A stretch of DNA of 64,000 bases from Thermodesulfobacteriota bacterium (GCA_039715015.1 JBDLIE010000006.1:1-64000); one strand, 5' to 3'. Positions 39,699 to 49,561 are shown, numbered from the stretch's first letter. The notes: a model not told the origin generated them from the sequence alone. Numbers and translations: made by a program.

Positions 39699-40307
39699 TT
39701 AGGGGCGCAGGAGCAGGTCCGCCTCTTTTTGGGCGGCTAGGATGGAGTACATGTTGGAGACAAGGCCAACCTCAACCTTATCATCCAAACCAAAATGTTT
39801 GAGGCAGACGCCGCAGGCCACAAACTGAACCCCCAGCTTTTCCAGCTCCTGGGCCTCGGCCAGCACCGGCGAGCCCTGGGCAATAAGTTTTACCCCGGAG
39901 TTTACCAGGGTAACATGGGTGATATTTTCGGCAAACTGGGCCAGGGTATCAAAATAGGCGAGCATCAACCGGGCCCCGAGCCCATCATCGCCCCGTCCCA
40001 TGAATTCAGAGGAGATATGGACAACAATACGTTTTTTACCCCCTGGCAGAGGACATTCAACGGCTGGTTCGTCCTGAATTTCGCCACCCGCGCCAATGGA
40101 AACCAACAGTTCAAAGTTATCTGCCGCCGGGGATATGACAACGCCATGGCCCTGACTCTCGGCAAAGCGCCTGACATTATCGCGGGAAGCCTCATTATCG
40201 ACGATGACAAGAAGCTCCCCTTCTGCCATTTCTGCCAGGGTGTCCTTCGTCTGTATGACCGGTTGCGGGCATGGAAGCCCCACACAGTTTAGAACCTGCT
40301 TTGACAT
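39699..40307 (-). CDS. yedF: sulfurtransferase-like selenium metabolism protein YedF (TusA + DsrE-like domains)
   Basis: GLPCPQPV, VDN, MGRGD..LG..LM, NSGVKL, CGVCL, SNMY. Confidence 0.85.
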   Translation of the reverse strand: MSKQVLNCVGLPCPQPVIQTKDTLAEMAEGELLVIVDNEASRDNVRRFAESQGHGVVISPAADNFELLVSIGAGGEIQDEPAVECPLPGGKKRIVVHISSEFMGRGDDGLGARLMLAYFDTLAQFAENITHVTLVNSGVKLIAQGSPVLAEAQELEKLGVQFVACGVCLKHFGLDDKVEVGLVSNMYSILAAQKEADLLLRP

Positions 40308-40530
40308 AATTTGTCACCATCGACATAATTTCTGGCCTGAGACAAAAGACCTTCACCTGCAAAAAACCAAATAATTTCAGCTTCTAAAATAGTGTATAAA
40401 GACAAATAAACACAATAGGTAATCCCAATCTAACAGCGCCATTCTATTTGCTTTTCAGAAAATCCTCCCGTATCTTAAATACAATCGCAGCCGCTACGGC
40501 TTATCACCTCTTCCCACCACGCAAGAAACC

Positions 40531-41793
40531 ATGACTCTTTTGCACCCCCTCAACAACTGGCTCCAGGAACAGGATATCTCTCCTTTTTTCATTGAGGCCA
40601 TTAATTTTGCCACGGCTGTTGTTCTCCTGATCGTTCTTGGATTCTTGCTCTCCTGGATTGCCCGCCGTTTCCTGGCCCCCTGGTTCGAAAAGCTTGTTTT
40701 TAGAACCAGTCTCCATTGGGATGATACCCTTGCCCATGTCGGTTTTTTCAAGCGCCTGACCCTGCTTGTGCCTCTGCTTGGCTGTTACAGTGCCGTTGAC
40801 CTCCTTTTTGCCAGCCAGCCGGCCTTTTTAGCGCTTTTCAAACGCCTTATCATTGCCTCCCTGGTCTTGATTACCGTTGGCATCTTTAACTCCCTCCTGC
40901 AGGCGATACAGACCATCTATGCCTCTTCGGGCCGGGCCAAAAATCGACCCATCCGCAGTTATCTCGATGCCCTGCAGATCATCTTCTATGTTTTGGCCGC
41001 TATTTTCATCGTGGCCATCATTGCTGATCAATCAGCCTGGGGGATCTTGAGTGTCCTCGGCGGCCTGACCGCTGTCTTTCTCCTGATATTTCGCACCTCG
41101 CTGCTGGGCTTTGTCGCCAATTTACAGCTCACCAATAATAACATGATGCAGGTGGGGGACTGGATCACCATGGAGAAATTTGGGGCGGACGGCGATGTGG
41201 AAGACATCTCCCTGCATACCGTCCGGGTCAGAAATTGGGACAACACATACACCTCCATCCCCACCTATGCCTTCATGGAAGACTCCTTCCAGAACTGGCG
41301 TGGTATGGCGGAGTCTGGGGGCAGACGCATTAAGCGCTGTCTCTATATTGACATGAATACGGTGACCTTCTGCAGCCCTGAGATGCTTGGCCACCTGCAA
41401 AAATTCCAAGTCCTCCACAACTACTTAGCCACAAAGAAAGAGGAGATTGCCGCCCATAACGCCCAGCACCCTGACCAGACATGCAATGGCCGCCGACAAA
41501 CCAACCTGGGAATCTTCCGGGCCTATGTGGAGGCCTATTTACGGAGCAATGAAAATATCAGCACCGAGCTGACCTTCCTTATTCGCCATCTGGCGCCTAC
41601 CTCACAGGGCCTCCCCCTTGAGGTCTATGTTTTTTCCAAAGACAAGGTTTGGGCCAACTATGAAAGAATCCAGGCTGATATCTTCGATCACCTGCTGGCA
41701 ATAATTCCGGAATTTGGCCTCCGGGTCTTCCAGTATCCCTGTGGAGCTGACCTGCAACACGTATCAGCCATGGATAAAAAAAGTTGCCCATAA
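40531..41793 (+). CDS. mechanosensitive channel, MscS family (YbdG-like)
   Basis: GDWI.M..FGADG.V, NWDNT...IPTY, FQNWRGM.ESGGRRIKR, QADIFDH. Confidence 0.92.
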   Translation: MTLLHPLNNWLQEQDISPFFIEAINFATAVVLLIVLGFLLSWIARRFLAPWFEKLVFRTSLHWDDTLAHVGFFKRLTLLVPLLGCYSAVDLLFASQPAFLALFKRLIIASLVLITVGIFNSLLQAIQTIYASSGRAKNRPIRSYLDALQIIFYVLAAIFIVAIIADQSAWGILSVLGGLTAVFLLIFRTSLLGFVANLQLTNNNMMQVGDWITMEKFGADGDVEDISLHTVRVRNWDNTYTSIPTYAFMEDSFQNWRGMAESGGRRIKRCLYIDMNTVTFCSPEMLGHLQKFQVLHNYLATKKEEIAAHNAQHPDQTCNGRRQTNLGIFRAYVEAYLRSNENISTELTFLIRHLAPTSQGLPLEVYVFSKDKVWANYERIQADIFDHLLAIIPEFGLRVFQYPCGADLQHVSAMDKKSCP

Positions 41794-41883
41794 TTTTGCC
41801 ATGCTCCTTCCTCTGCCACCTGTGCTACACTGAAGTAAAAAGTGCACCGCTATTCTTGATGTCACCCAAACATTTTTGAAAAA

Positions 41884-43149
41884 ATGGCAGAAAACAACCT
41901 CCCTCAACGCATCGGCAAATACACCGTCCTAGGTCTTCTGGGCCGCGGGGCCATGGGGGTTGTCTATAAAGGTCTTGATCCTCTTATCCAGCGGCCGGTT
42001 GCCCTTAAGATTATTCGTAAGGCCGCTTTTGACGATGACGAGCTGACTGAGGCCCTGGGCCGCTTTAGACGCGAGGCCCAAGCAGCCGGGCGCCTCATCC
42101 ATCCTAATATCGTTACGGTCTATGAGTATGGAGAGGAGAACGACACGGCCTTTATCGCCATGGAGTATGTCGAGGGAAAAAGCCTCAAGGAGGTTTTAAA
42201 AGACAAACAGAGCTTCACCCTGGCTGAGGTGGCCGATATCATCAGGCAACTTGTCACGGGGCTGCACTACGCCCACCGCAGCGGTATCGTCCACCGGGAC
42301 ATTAAACCGGACAACCTCATCTTTGCCCAAGACGGCACCCTGAAGATTATGGACTTTGGTATTGCCCGCCTGGAATCTTCCAGCCTGACCATGGCAGGCA
42401 GTGTGATGGGAACACCTTCTTATATGGCGCCGGAACTTTTCAGCGGTGAAGAAGTAGACCAGCGCAGCGATCTGTTTTCAGCCGGCATTATCCTGTACCA
42501 GCTTCTCACCGGCCGCAAACCCTTTGCAGGCTCCTCCATGACCACCATTATGCACCAGGTGGTTAACATCATGCCGCCCAAGCCTTCCCAGCTTGACAAC
42601 CGCCTTCCAGCCCCCTTGGACAACCTCATCCAGACCTGCCTGGCCAAGAATCCGGATATTCGTTTTCAAAACGGCGCAGATTTTGGTGCCGCCCTTGACA
42701 GGGCCTTTAGCAAGGTAGACTCCACCCTTGTCACCCTGGCTTGCCATGGCAGAGCAAATTCTGACCAGGAGGCTACTCTCTATGAGCCAGGTCTGAAACC
42801 TGCCCCGCAACAAGCGATCCTGGATAAGATCAAACACCATTCCCTGCCCATCTCCATAGGCTTTGCTGCGGCATTTATTGTCATTGTCCTTTTTTTCCTT
42901 TTAAGGGCTGATGAGCCATCACTTGAGGTGGATGCTGGGCAAACGGCAATCAGCAGCCAGCATAAAAAAAGCGCTGTCCCAAAAACACTCTCGCCAAGCG
43001 CCGCCAAGAAAAAGACGGCTTCTCAGCCTGCTAAACCCCGCACCGGCATTGCCATCACCACCCCCAACCCAGGAAAACGTAAAAAAGATCAGACAGATCG
43101 CCCTGCCTCACGAAACGCCATCACCATCACCGTTCCTGATCGACGTTAA
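41884..43149 (+). CDS. Hanks-type Ser/Thr protein kinase with a TM helix
   Basis: LGRGAMG, VALK, HRDIKPDN, DFG, GTPSYMAPE, SDLFS. Confidence 0.95.
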   Translation: MAENNLPQRIGKYTVLGLLGRGAMGVVYKGLDPLIQRPVALKIIRKAAFDDDELTEALGRFRREAQAAGRLIHPNIVTVYEYGEENDTAFIAMEYVEGKSLKEVLKDKQSFTLAEVADIIRQLVTGLHYAHRSGIVHRDIKPDNLIFAQDGTLKIMDFGIARLESSSLTMAGSVMGTPSYMAPELFSGEEVDQRSDLFSAGIILYQLLTGRKPFAGSSMTTIMHQVVNIMPPKPSQLDNRLPAPLDNLIQTCLAKNPDIRFQNGADFGAALDRAFSKVDSTLVTLACHGRANSDQEATLYEPGLKPAPQQAILDKIKHHSLPISIGFAAAFIVIVLFFLLRADEPSLEVDAGQTAISSQHKKSAVPKTLSPSAAKKKTASQPAKPRTGIAITTPNPGKRKKDQTDRPASRNAITITVPDRR

Positions 43150-43247
43150 TCCGAGGCTTCAGGGCTCTTCATTCTTTGCTGTTAACCGGAGAGATGTTAT
43201 GGTGCCTGAAAATAAATCAACCACTGCCTGTACTCTGAGTAAAAAAT

Positions 43248-45134
43248 ATGAAACCCAACTTTACCGATTATCTGCGCGACAAGGTCCTTCTTGGCGACGG
43301 CGCCATTGGCACCTATCTCTACAGCAAAGGCCTTGAGCTCGGCAAAGACACCGAAAGACTGAACCTCAGCGAACCGGATCTGATCTACTCCATCCATGAG
43401 GAGTATATCCGGGCCGGCAGCCAACTCATTGAGACCAACACCTTTGGCGCTAACCGCTATAAACTTCAGGAGTCTGGTTTAGACAGTAAGATCCGCGATA
43501 TTAACCTGGCCGGGGTGCAACTGGCCAAGCGGGCTGCCGGTCAAGACGTTTATGTGGCTGGCTCCATAGGTCCTTCCGGGATGGATTTTCCCCTATCCAC
43601 CGGCGAGGCCGACGAAGAGAGCCTGCAGGGTATCTTCCGCGAACAGATTGAGGTGCTGCTCGAGGGCGAGGTTGACCTTCTCCTTTTTGAGACCTTCACC
43701 CATCTTGACGAATTGGTGCTGGCCCTTAATACGGCCCGGACCTTGACCGGTATTGCCATAGTTGCCCAGATGGCCTACCCCTCCGGTGGGAAAACTGCAG
43801 CAGGAGTCGATGCCCTCACCTGTGGCGAAGCCGCTTTGGCAGCAGGTGCCAACGTGGTGGGCGGCAATTGTGGCCGCGGTGTCTCATCACTGCTTAGCGC
43901 CATTGAGCACCTTTCGCCCCTGCGCGACCAGGTCCCTCTGTCCGCCTTTCCCAACGCCGGCTTTCCCGAGATTGTCGGCCATCGCATGGTCTATCCAGCC
44001 GAGCCTGCCTACATGGTCAAGGCCCTGGCGGAAATGATGAAATTAGGGGCACGGTTGCTGGGGGGCTGCTGCGGTACCACACCATCGCACATCCACGAAT
44101 TCCAGCAGCACCTAAAAATTAAAAGACGTCCCTTGGTTCGTTCAGCCGACATCCAGGGCGATAGCAGCCAGAAAAGCGCAGAAAAGAAGGCGAGCCATAT
44201 TAATGGTGCCTTGTTAGAAAACCTGCCTGGAGATCAACTCCCCATTATTGTCGAGCTTGACCCTCCCACCCACCTTGCTGTGGATGGCGTTATTGAGGGG
44301 GCGCGGGTACTGAAAGAAAGCGGCGCCAACGCAATTTCCCTTGGCGAAAATCCTTTGGCTATTCTGCGGGCCGACAACCTGTCCCTGGCCCACCTCATCC
44401 ATGAAAAATTGGCTATCCAGACCATTATCCATCTGACCTGCCGGGATCGAAATATCCTCGGCCTGCAGTCACAGATCATGGGTGCCCATCTTCTTGGAAT
44501 CAGCGGCATTCTGGCCATTACCGGCGACCCGGCCACCTCCAGCGACCAGCCCGGCACCAGTGGTGTCTTTGATCTTAAGTCCTTTGGTCTGATCAGGATG
44601 ATTGACCTTTTCAACCAGGGTCATAATCTGGCCGGCAAGGCCATGAAGACAGAGACCAATTTTTCCATTGGCGGCGCCTTTTCCTTCAGACCGTCTCGGC
44701 CGGAGGTGCAGATCAGACGCCTAGAGCGTAAAGCAGAACTGGGCCTGAAATTTGTTATGACCCAGCCCATCTTTGATTCCGCTGAAATCGAGCAGATGAT
44801 GGAGGCGGTCAACCATCTTGACCTTCTCATCCTGCCCGGCATCTTCCCGCTCATCTCAGCCCGCAATGCCGACTTCCTCCATAATGAGGTGCCCGGCATC
44901 TCCATTCCGGAGAGCTTACGCAAAAAGCTTTGGCAATATGAAAAGGTGGAGGACCAACGCAAATGCGCCCTGGACTACACCAGACAGCTGATGGGTGATG
45001 TTTCAGATTTTGTCGACGGACTTTACCTGATCAGCCCCTTGAACAAGTGGGAAGTAACAGCCGAACTGACCAGGGAAATCCGGGAGGCCGGCTGGCAGGG
45101 CAGCGGCAGGGTGAAAAATTTTACTAAAGGTTAA
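43248..45134 (+). CDS. bifunctional homocysteine S-methyltransferase / methylenetetrahydrofolate reductase (YitJ-like)
   Basis: DGA.GT, ETNTFGAN, GGNC, PNAG, GGCCGTTP.HI; VELDPP, HLTCRDRN, ITGD, MTQP. Confidence 0.92.
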   Translation: MKPNFTDYLRDKVLLGDGAIGTYLYSKGLELGKDTERLNLSEPDLIYSIHEEYIRAGSQLIETNTFGANRYKLQESGLDSKIRDINLAGVQLAKRAAGQDVYVAGSIGPSGMDFPLSTGEADEESLQGIFREQIEVLLEGEVDLLLFETFTHLDELVLALNTARTLTGIAIVAQMAYPSGGKTAAGVDALTCGEAALAAGANVVGGNCGRGVSSLLSAIEHLSPLRDQVPLSAFPNAGFPEIVGHRMVYPAEPAYMVKALAEMMKLGARLLGGCCGTTPSHIHEFQQHLKIKRRPLVRSADIQGDSSQKSAEKKASHINGALLENLPGDQLPIIVELDPPTHLAVDGVIEGARVLKESGANAISLGENPLAILRADNLSLAHLIHEKLAIQTIIHLTCRDRNILGLQSQIMGAHLLGISGILAITGDPATSSDQPGTSGVFDLKSFGLIRMIDLFNQGHNLAGKAMKTETNFSIGGAFSFRPSRPEVQIRRLERKAELGLKFVMTQPIFDSAEIEQMMEAVNHLDLLILPGIFPLISARNADFLHNEVPGISIPESLRKKLWQYEKVEDQRKCALDYTRQLMGDVSDFVDGLYLISPLNKWEVTAELTREIREAGWQGSGRVKNFTKG

Positions 45135-45165
45135 AAGTGAGGCATCCACTTTTAAGAATTTGAGC

Positions 45166-45253
45166 AATAAGAATGTGAGAAATAAGTAGAAGGAAGAGTT
45201 GTTAATTAAGAAAAGTACCTTCTTCTTAAATTCTTATTTCTCACATTCTTATT
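45166..45253. repeat. AT-rich 21-bp perfect inverted repeat built from alternating 7/8-mers
   Basis: AATAAGAATGTGAGAAATAAG (45166-45186) / CTTATTTCTCACATTCTTATT (45233-45253). Confidence 0.9.
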
Positions 45254-45262
45254 TCTGCTTTT

Positions 45263-45544
45263 TCAGTCCAGCCATCCCTGTAATGCATCAACGATCTTCT
45301 GGGCCTGGGCCGGGCTGGAGATATTGAAGTGTGACTTCTTCTGATATTCACCATCCCTTTTTTGATAGCGCCTGATGGTGTAACGATCCGGGCCATACTC
45401 CTCTTTCTTCTTGTCCCATTGCTGGTACCGAAAAATAATGGTGCTCCAGGCTCCCTTGGTGAGGACAACCTTGTCAATTTCCTTCCAAACCAGGATGCCA
45501 TCTTCCTCAAAGTCGATGGTCAATTCTTCAATGTTTTCAGCCAT
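45263..45544 (-). CDS. hypothetical protein
   Basis: 93-aa ORF with protein-like composition and a purine-rich upstream region. Confidence 0.75.
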   Translation of the reverse strand: MAENIEELTIDFEEDGILVWKEIDKVVLTKGAWSTIIFRYQQWDKKKEEYGPDRYTIRRYQKRDGEYQKKSHFNISSPAQAQKIVDALQGWLD

Positions 45545-45635
45545 TTTCTCTTACCTATTTCTTTTTTTCCCTGCTTAGGGGGTGAAAAATTGTAGTTTTG
45601 CCTCACAAAACCAGCCCCACCATACAAAATACCAA

Positions 45636-45670
45636 CAAAAAAGCCAGGGCAAAATGCCCTGGCTTTTTTG
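45636..45670 (-). terminator. terminator of the OTR-like cytochrome gene
   Basis: CAAAAAAGCCAGGGC-AAAAT-GCCCTGGCTTTTTTG. Confidence 0.88.
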
Positions 45671-45724
45671 TTTCATGGGTACTCATCCCTGCCTAAAAGG
45701 CAGGAGGGGTAAAAAAAGAAACTC

Positions 45725-47143
45725 TTAGAAACGAGCTGCTCCTCTTTTCACCATTGGATCGCCCTTATAGCCAAGAGCTTTCCAGTCAAGACGGCCTTTG
45801 TCGCCATGGCAGTCAAGACATTGCAGCGAGCCTTCCTTGCTGTTAACCATATGGTTAATGGGCCAGTAGGTCTCGGTGGGGGCAAAATCATACTCGCCGG
45901 AGAATGGAAGACCGGTGGCCTTCATACCAGCGGTGGCTGCCTTCACCCAGTCAAAGTTTTTCCAGAATGCCTCTTTGTCGCCCTTGAAGCCAAAGACCTT
46001 GGGGGTAACAAAATACTTGTTCTTGCTGTCATAGATCTGCTTGCCGGTGTGAATCTTGAACGGCATGATCTTAGCATTCTTGTCCTTCTTGTTACCTAAG
46101 GGGTAGTTGAGCTTAGTAACCTTCTTGGGGTTAATCTTATCACCCAAGTTGTACGCCCCGGCCGTACCGTTATACCAGCGGTAAGTAGGGGTGACATTAT
46201 CCTCATAGGTAAAACGCCCCTTCTTGGCGATAAACACCTTGTGGCCATGCTCCTTCTCAACCTGCTTGTCCTTGGGCAGTTTCTTGGCCTGAGACCAGTC
46301 CCAGCTCATCTTGGTGCCATGAACTTTGGCAAAGGTTGGAATATGACAGGTCTGACAGGCAACGGTCTTGGCATGGTTGTTCAGAATAGACTCGCCATGG
46401 GGAGTTGCATCATGACATCCTTCACAGGTGACCGGTGTGTTGCCGCCCGGAGATACAATAAGGGAGTTACCAGCGATCTGGTGCTCGCTTGTGGTATGAC
46501 ATTCCTGACAGGCAAAATTGAGGCTGTCGGTACCCATATGGAAGTCCACGGCCTTGGTGGGCTTGATCAGCGAGGTGTCAATGTCACCATGCTTAACATT
46601 GTTACCACCACCGCCGTTAGCGTGGCAGCGCAGACAGTCGTCACGCTCAGGCTTGCCGACATTCTGGGCCACCTTAACAAGATCGACAGGCTTCTTGTCC
46701 ATGCTGGCCTTACCGGTATAACCTGCGGGCATACCAGCACCGGCACCCGGCTTCTTATAGGTACCCGTGGTGTCATGACAGACAAGGCAATCAACCCGAG
46801 ACTCATCACTGAAATCGAAGCTGGCATCCTTCCAGCCATAGCTCACATGACAGCTGGTACAGCGGGGCCAGTTGGAGTTAATGGAGATACAGAAATTGTT
46901 CATGGCATTTTTCTTACCGCGCTTCATCTTCTTGCCGTTAACAACCTGCTCGCTTTCCCATGTCCAATGACTGGTTGCCATCATCTGTTTGGAGGCATCC
47001 TCATGGCACTCGAGGCATTTTTTTGTCACATCCATAGGAGTGGCAAAGGGCCCGGTGATCTCATGATGGTCGTTGGCGGTTACCATGGATGCCCCGGCCA
47101 ATAGGGCCAAAGCTGCCGTGGATAAAATCATATACTTTTTCAT
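45725..47143 (-). CDS. octaheme tetrathionate reductase (OTR)-family cytochrome c
   Basis: Signal peptide from ATG 47143; 8 CxxCH; HWTW, GKKNAMNNFC, CTSCHVSYG, GGGG..VKHGD, WDWS, WPINHMV. Confidence 0.9.
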   Translation of the reverse strand: MKKYMILSTAALALLAGASMVTANDHHEITGPFATPMDVTKKCLECHEDASKQMMATSHWTWESEQVVNGKKMKRGKKNAMNNFCISINSNWPRCTSCHVSYGWKDASFDFSDESRVDCLVCHDTTGTYKKPGAGAGMPAGYTGKASMDKKPVDLVKVAQNVGKPERDDCLRCHANGGGGNNVKHGDIDTSLIKPTKAVDFHMGTDSLNFACQECHTTSEHQIAGNSLIVSPGGNTPVTCEGCHDATPHGESILNNHAKTVACQTCHIPTFAKVHGTKMSWDWSQAKKLPKDKQVEKEHGHKVFIAKKGRFTYEDNVTPTYRWYNGTAGAYNLGDKINPKKVTKLNYPLGNKKDKNAKIMPFKIHTGKQIYDSKNKYFVTPKVFGFKGDKEAFWKNFDWVKAATAGMKATGLPFSGEYDFAPTETYWPINHMVNSKEGSLQCLDCHGDKGRLDWKALGYKGDPMVKRGAARF

Positions 47144-47309
47144 ACTTCTCTCCCCAAGTAAGTAATTCGTTCTACTTAAGCCGGCTGGCACGACATAGGT
47201 AGTTTTTCTTATTCCATTTTCTGCACTAAAACGAGGCAGGAATGGTCGGCTTGCTCTTCGCCCTTCACAAACAAAAGGACTCCCGACACCAGCACACGAC
47301 TATATACCA

Positions 47310-47324
47310 GCAAGGAACGTGCCA
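47310..47324 (-). promoter_or_regulatory. sigma-54 (-24/-12) promoter of the OTR-like gene
   Basis: TGGCAC-GTTCC-TTGC on the minus strand, exact consensus. Confidence 0.88.
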
Positions 47325-47375
47325 GTGCGCCAAGGTGCTGTTGTGCCGTCATTCCAGTTTTAAACAGTGGATAAA

Positions 47376-47443
47376 GTTAACAGAAACAGTTAACAAAAGC
47401 GCAAACAGTGTTAACGCAAAATTAACGTTAGCATTTTGTTAAC
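47376..47443. promoter_or_regulatory. cluster of GTTAAC palindromes, probable enhancer (UAS)
   Basis: GTTAAC at 47376, 47389, 47410, 47438 and ATTAAC at 47421, between the sigma-54 promoter and the divergent activator gene. Confidence 0.6.
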
Positions 47444-47500
47444 ATTTGTTTTAAATTGGCAGATGCTGTTCACCTGAGATGAAAAAGAGTGGAGAATTCA

Positions 47501-48895
47501 ATGCCCCAACATACCGTTTTTGAAGATTATTTTTGCAACAACTGGAAAGATGTCATTGACAAGATGACTGAAGGGTTGATGCTCGTTGACCCCACAGGGA
47601 AAATCCTCTTTGTTAACGCAGCTATGGAAGAGCTCCTTCTCTACAAGCGCGAAGAACTGGTTGGTAAACGTTGTGATTTTCTCGAATGTAATAGTTGCAT
47701 AGATCAACGCCAAAAAGAGGGCAATAAACATTGCGCTCTTTTCCAAAAAGGTGACGTTAGAAATCTCAAATGCACCTTCAAACGCAAGGACGGCAGTCGG
47801 GTCAACGTCCTGAAAAATGCCACCGTTCTCACCGACGAAAGCGGCCAGATAGTGGCAGGTGTTGAAAACCTCACCGACCTCACCGCCCTTGTCACCCAGG
47901 AACGGGTTATCACCGACCTACGCAATCATATTGCCAAGGATGATGGTTTCCACGGCATTATTGGCAAAAGCCTGGCCATGACGCAGGTCTTTGAGCTAAT
48001 AAAGAGTGCGGCCCAGTCTGACGCGCCGGTGGTGATCTACGGCGAGAGCGGCACAGGAAAGGAGCTGGTGGCAAGCGCCATCCATAAGTTAAGCAAGAGA
48101 AAAGACGCCTCCCTTATTAAGGTTAACTGTGCGGCCCTCAACGAGAACCTGCTGGAGAGCGAACTTTTCGGCCATATCAAAGGGGCCTTCACAGGCGCAG
48201 ACCGCACCAGGGTAGGCCGCTTTGAAGCGGCAAATAATGGCGTCATCTTTCTTGACGAGATAGGCGACCTGCCCCTTGCCACCCAGACCAAGTTACTCCG
48301 GGTTCTCCAGGAGCAGGAGATTGAAAGGGTTGGCGACCATCATCCCATTGCCATTGATGTCCGGATTATTGCCGCCACCAACAAGGATCTCGGCAAACTC
48401 ATGGGCGAAGAGAAGTTCCGCGACGACCTCTATTACCGCATCGGCGTTATCCCTATCATCTTGCCCCCCCTGCGTAAACGCCAGGAAGACGTACCCAGGC
48501 TCATCGAGACCTTTCTTGATCGGGCCCGCTTGAAAACAGGCAAGGATATCAAAGCCATTAATAAGGCTGCCCTGGACCTCATGGTTACCTATCCCTGGCC
48601 CGGCAACATCAGGGAGCTTATCAATGTTATTGAATACGCCTTTGTCATCTGCCCCGGCGGCACCATCACCCCGGACCACCTGCCCCTCCACTTTACCAGT
48701 GCAGACGGCAAACCAGCCAGTCCAGGCACCTTTAGAAGTGACCCGAGCAGTGATCGGCGCCAACTCCTGCTCGACACCTTAAAGCAAACAGGCGGCAACA
48801 AATCAGAGGCGGCCCGCATCCTCGGCATAAGCAGAGTGACCCTGTGGAAGCAGCTTAAAAAATACGAAATTACGGTGGGTAAGGCCATTCGCTGA
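47501..48895 (+). CDS. PAS-domain sigma-54-dependent transcriptional activator
   Basis: PAS with CDFLECNSC...HC; GESGTGKE, ESELFGH.KGAFTGA, FLDEIG, WPGNIREL; Fis HTH. Confidence 0.95.
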   Translation: MPQHTVFEDYFCNNWKDVIDKMTEGLMLVDPTGKILFVNAAMEELLLYKREELVGKRCDFLECNSCIDQRQKEGNKHCALFQKGDVRNLKCTFKRKDGSRVNVLKNATVLTDESGQIVAGVENLTDLTALVTQERVITDLRNHIAKDDGFHGIIGKSLAMTQVFELIKSAAQSDAPVVIYGESGTGKELVASAIHKLSKRKDASLIKVNCAALNENLLESELFGHIKGAFTGADRTRVGRFEAANNGVIFLDEIGDLPLATQTKLLRVLQEQEIERVGDHHPIAIDVRIIAATNKDLGKLMGEEKFRDDLYYRIGVIPIILPPLRKRQEDVPRLIETFLDRARLKTGKDIKAINKAALDLMVTYPWPGNIRELINVIEYAFVICPGGTITPDHLPLHFTSADGKPASPGTFRSDPSSDRRQLLLDTLKQTGGNKSEAARILGISRVTLWKQLKKYEITVGKAIR

Positions 48896-48926
48896 CATTG
48901 GCCTTTTCCCTACATGGAGTTTCTAG

Positions 48927-49073
48927 ATGGAAGAATGGATACTTCGCCATATTAGCGGTCTGCTCGACTGGCTGCTGGTTTTTCTCTTTGTGGCGGCCAT
49001 GGTCTTTGGCTGCCAGTTCATGATCAACTTCTTAAAAGATCCAGACAGCCAGGAAAGCGATGGCGAGCAGTGA
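48927..49073 (+). CDS. 48-aa single-pass membrane protein (absent from the ORF track)
   Basis: GGAG SD; MEEWILRHISGLLDWLLVFLFVAAMVFGCQFMINFLKDPDSQESDGEQ. Confidence 0.55.
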   Translation: MEEWILRHISGLLDWLLVFLFVAAMVFGCQFMINFLKDPDSQESDGEQ

Positions 49074-49499
49074 GGGAACCCAGGGGCCCTTCTTGATCTT
49101 GTGCCTGGCCATCCTTAGCGCCTCATCCGACCACTGACAGCACGGGCCTCTGTAGACTTGCGACACAGGTGGCAAGCTTCTTTGTAATCGCTGCCAAAAA
49201 ATCACTTTTTTCAGGCCACCCAGCAACGCCTTGACCCCATACCAACATTTTTCAGTTAAACGCTCCTCCATCTTCACCTTTGCAACATATTGCCGAAAAC
49301 AGATAACCTGAGCCTGCTATAGAGGCACCACCCCTCCTACCTGATTACACAACCTCATATTTATGCCCCAGGGTATTTGCCTGGCGGCACACGCGGGCAC
49401 TCCCAGAGATCGACCTCCCATATCTCCTTGATCACGCCCTTCAAACAGGGGATGAAAGAGCAACCGGTTGTATTGAACATGAAGGGGCAATAATTTTCC

Positions 49500-49550
49500 T
49501 TGACTTAGTGTCAAACTGACACTAAAGTAAAAGTGTAAAATGAACACTAA
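49500..49550 (+). promoter_or_regulatory. sigma-70 promoter overlapped by two NrtR operators
   Basis: TTGACT-17-TAAAGT; TTAGTGTCAAACTGACACTAA (49505-49525) and AAAGTGTAAAATGAACACTAA (49530-49550), both with a GT-N7-AC core. Confidence 0.88.
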
Positions 49551-49561
49551 GGGAGCATGCC

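Noticed and set aside
49032..49277. 81-aa minus-strand ORF
   Set aside because: No recognisable motif or clear SD, and it overlaps the better-supported small membrane ORF.
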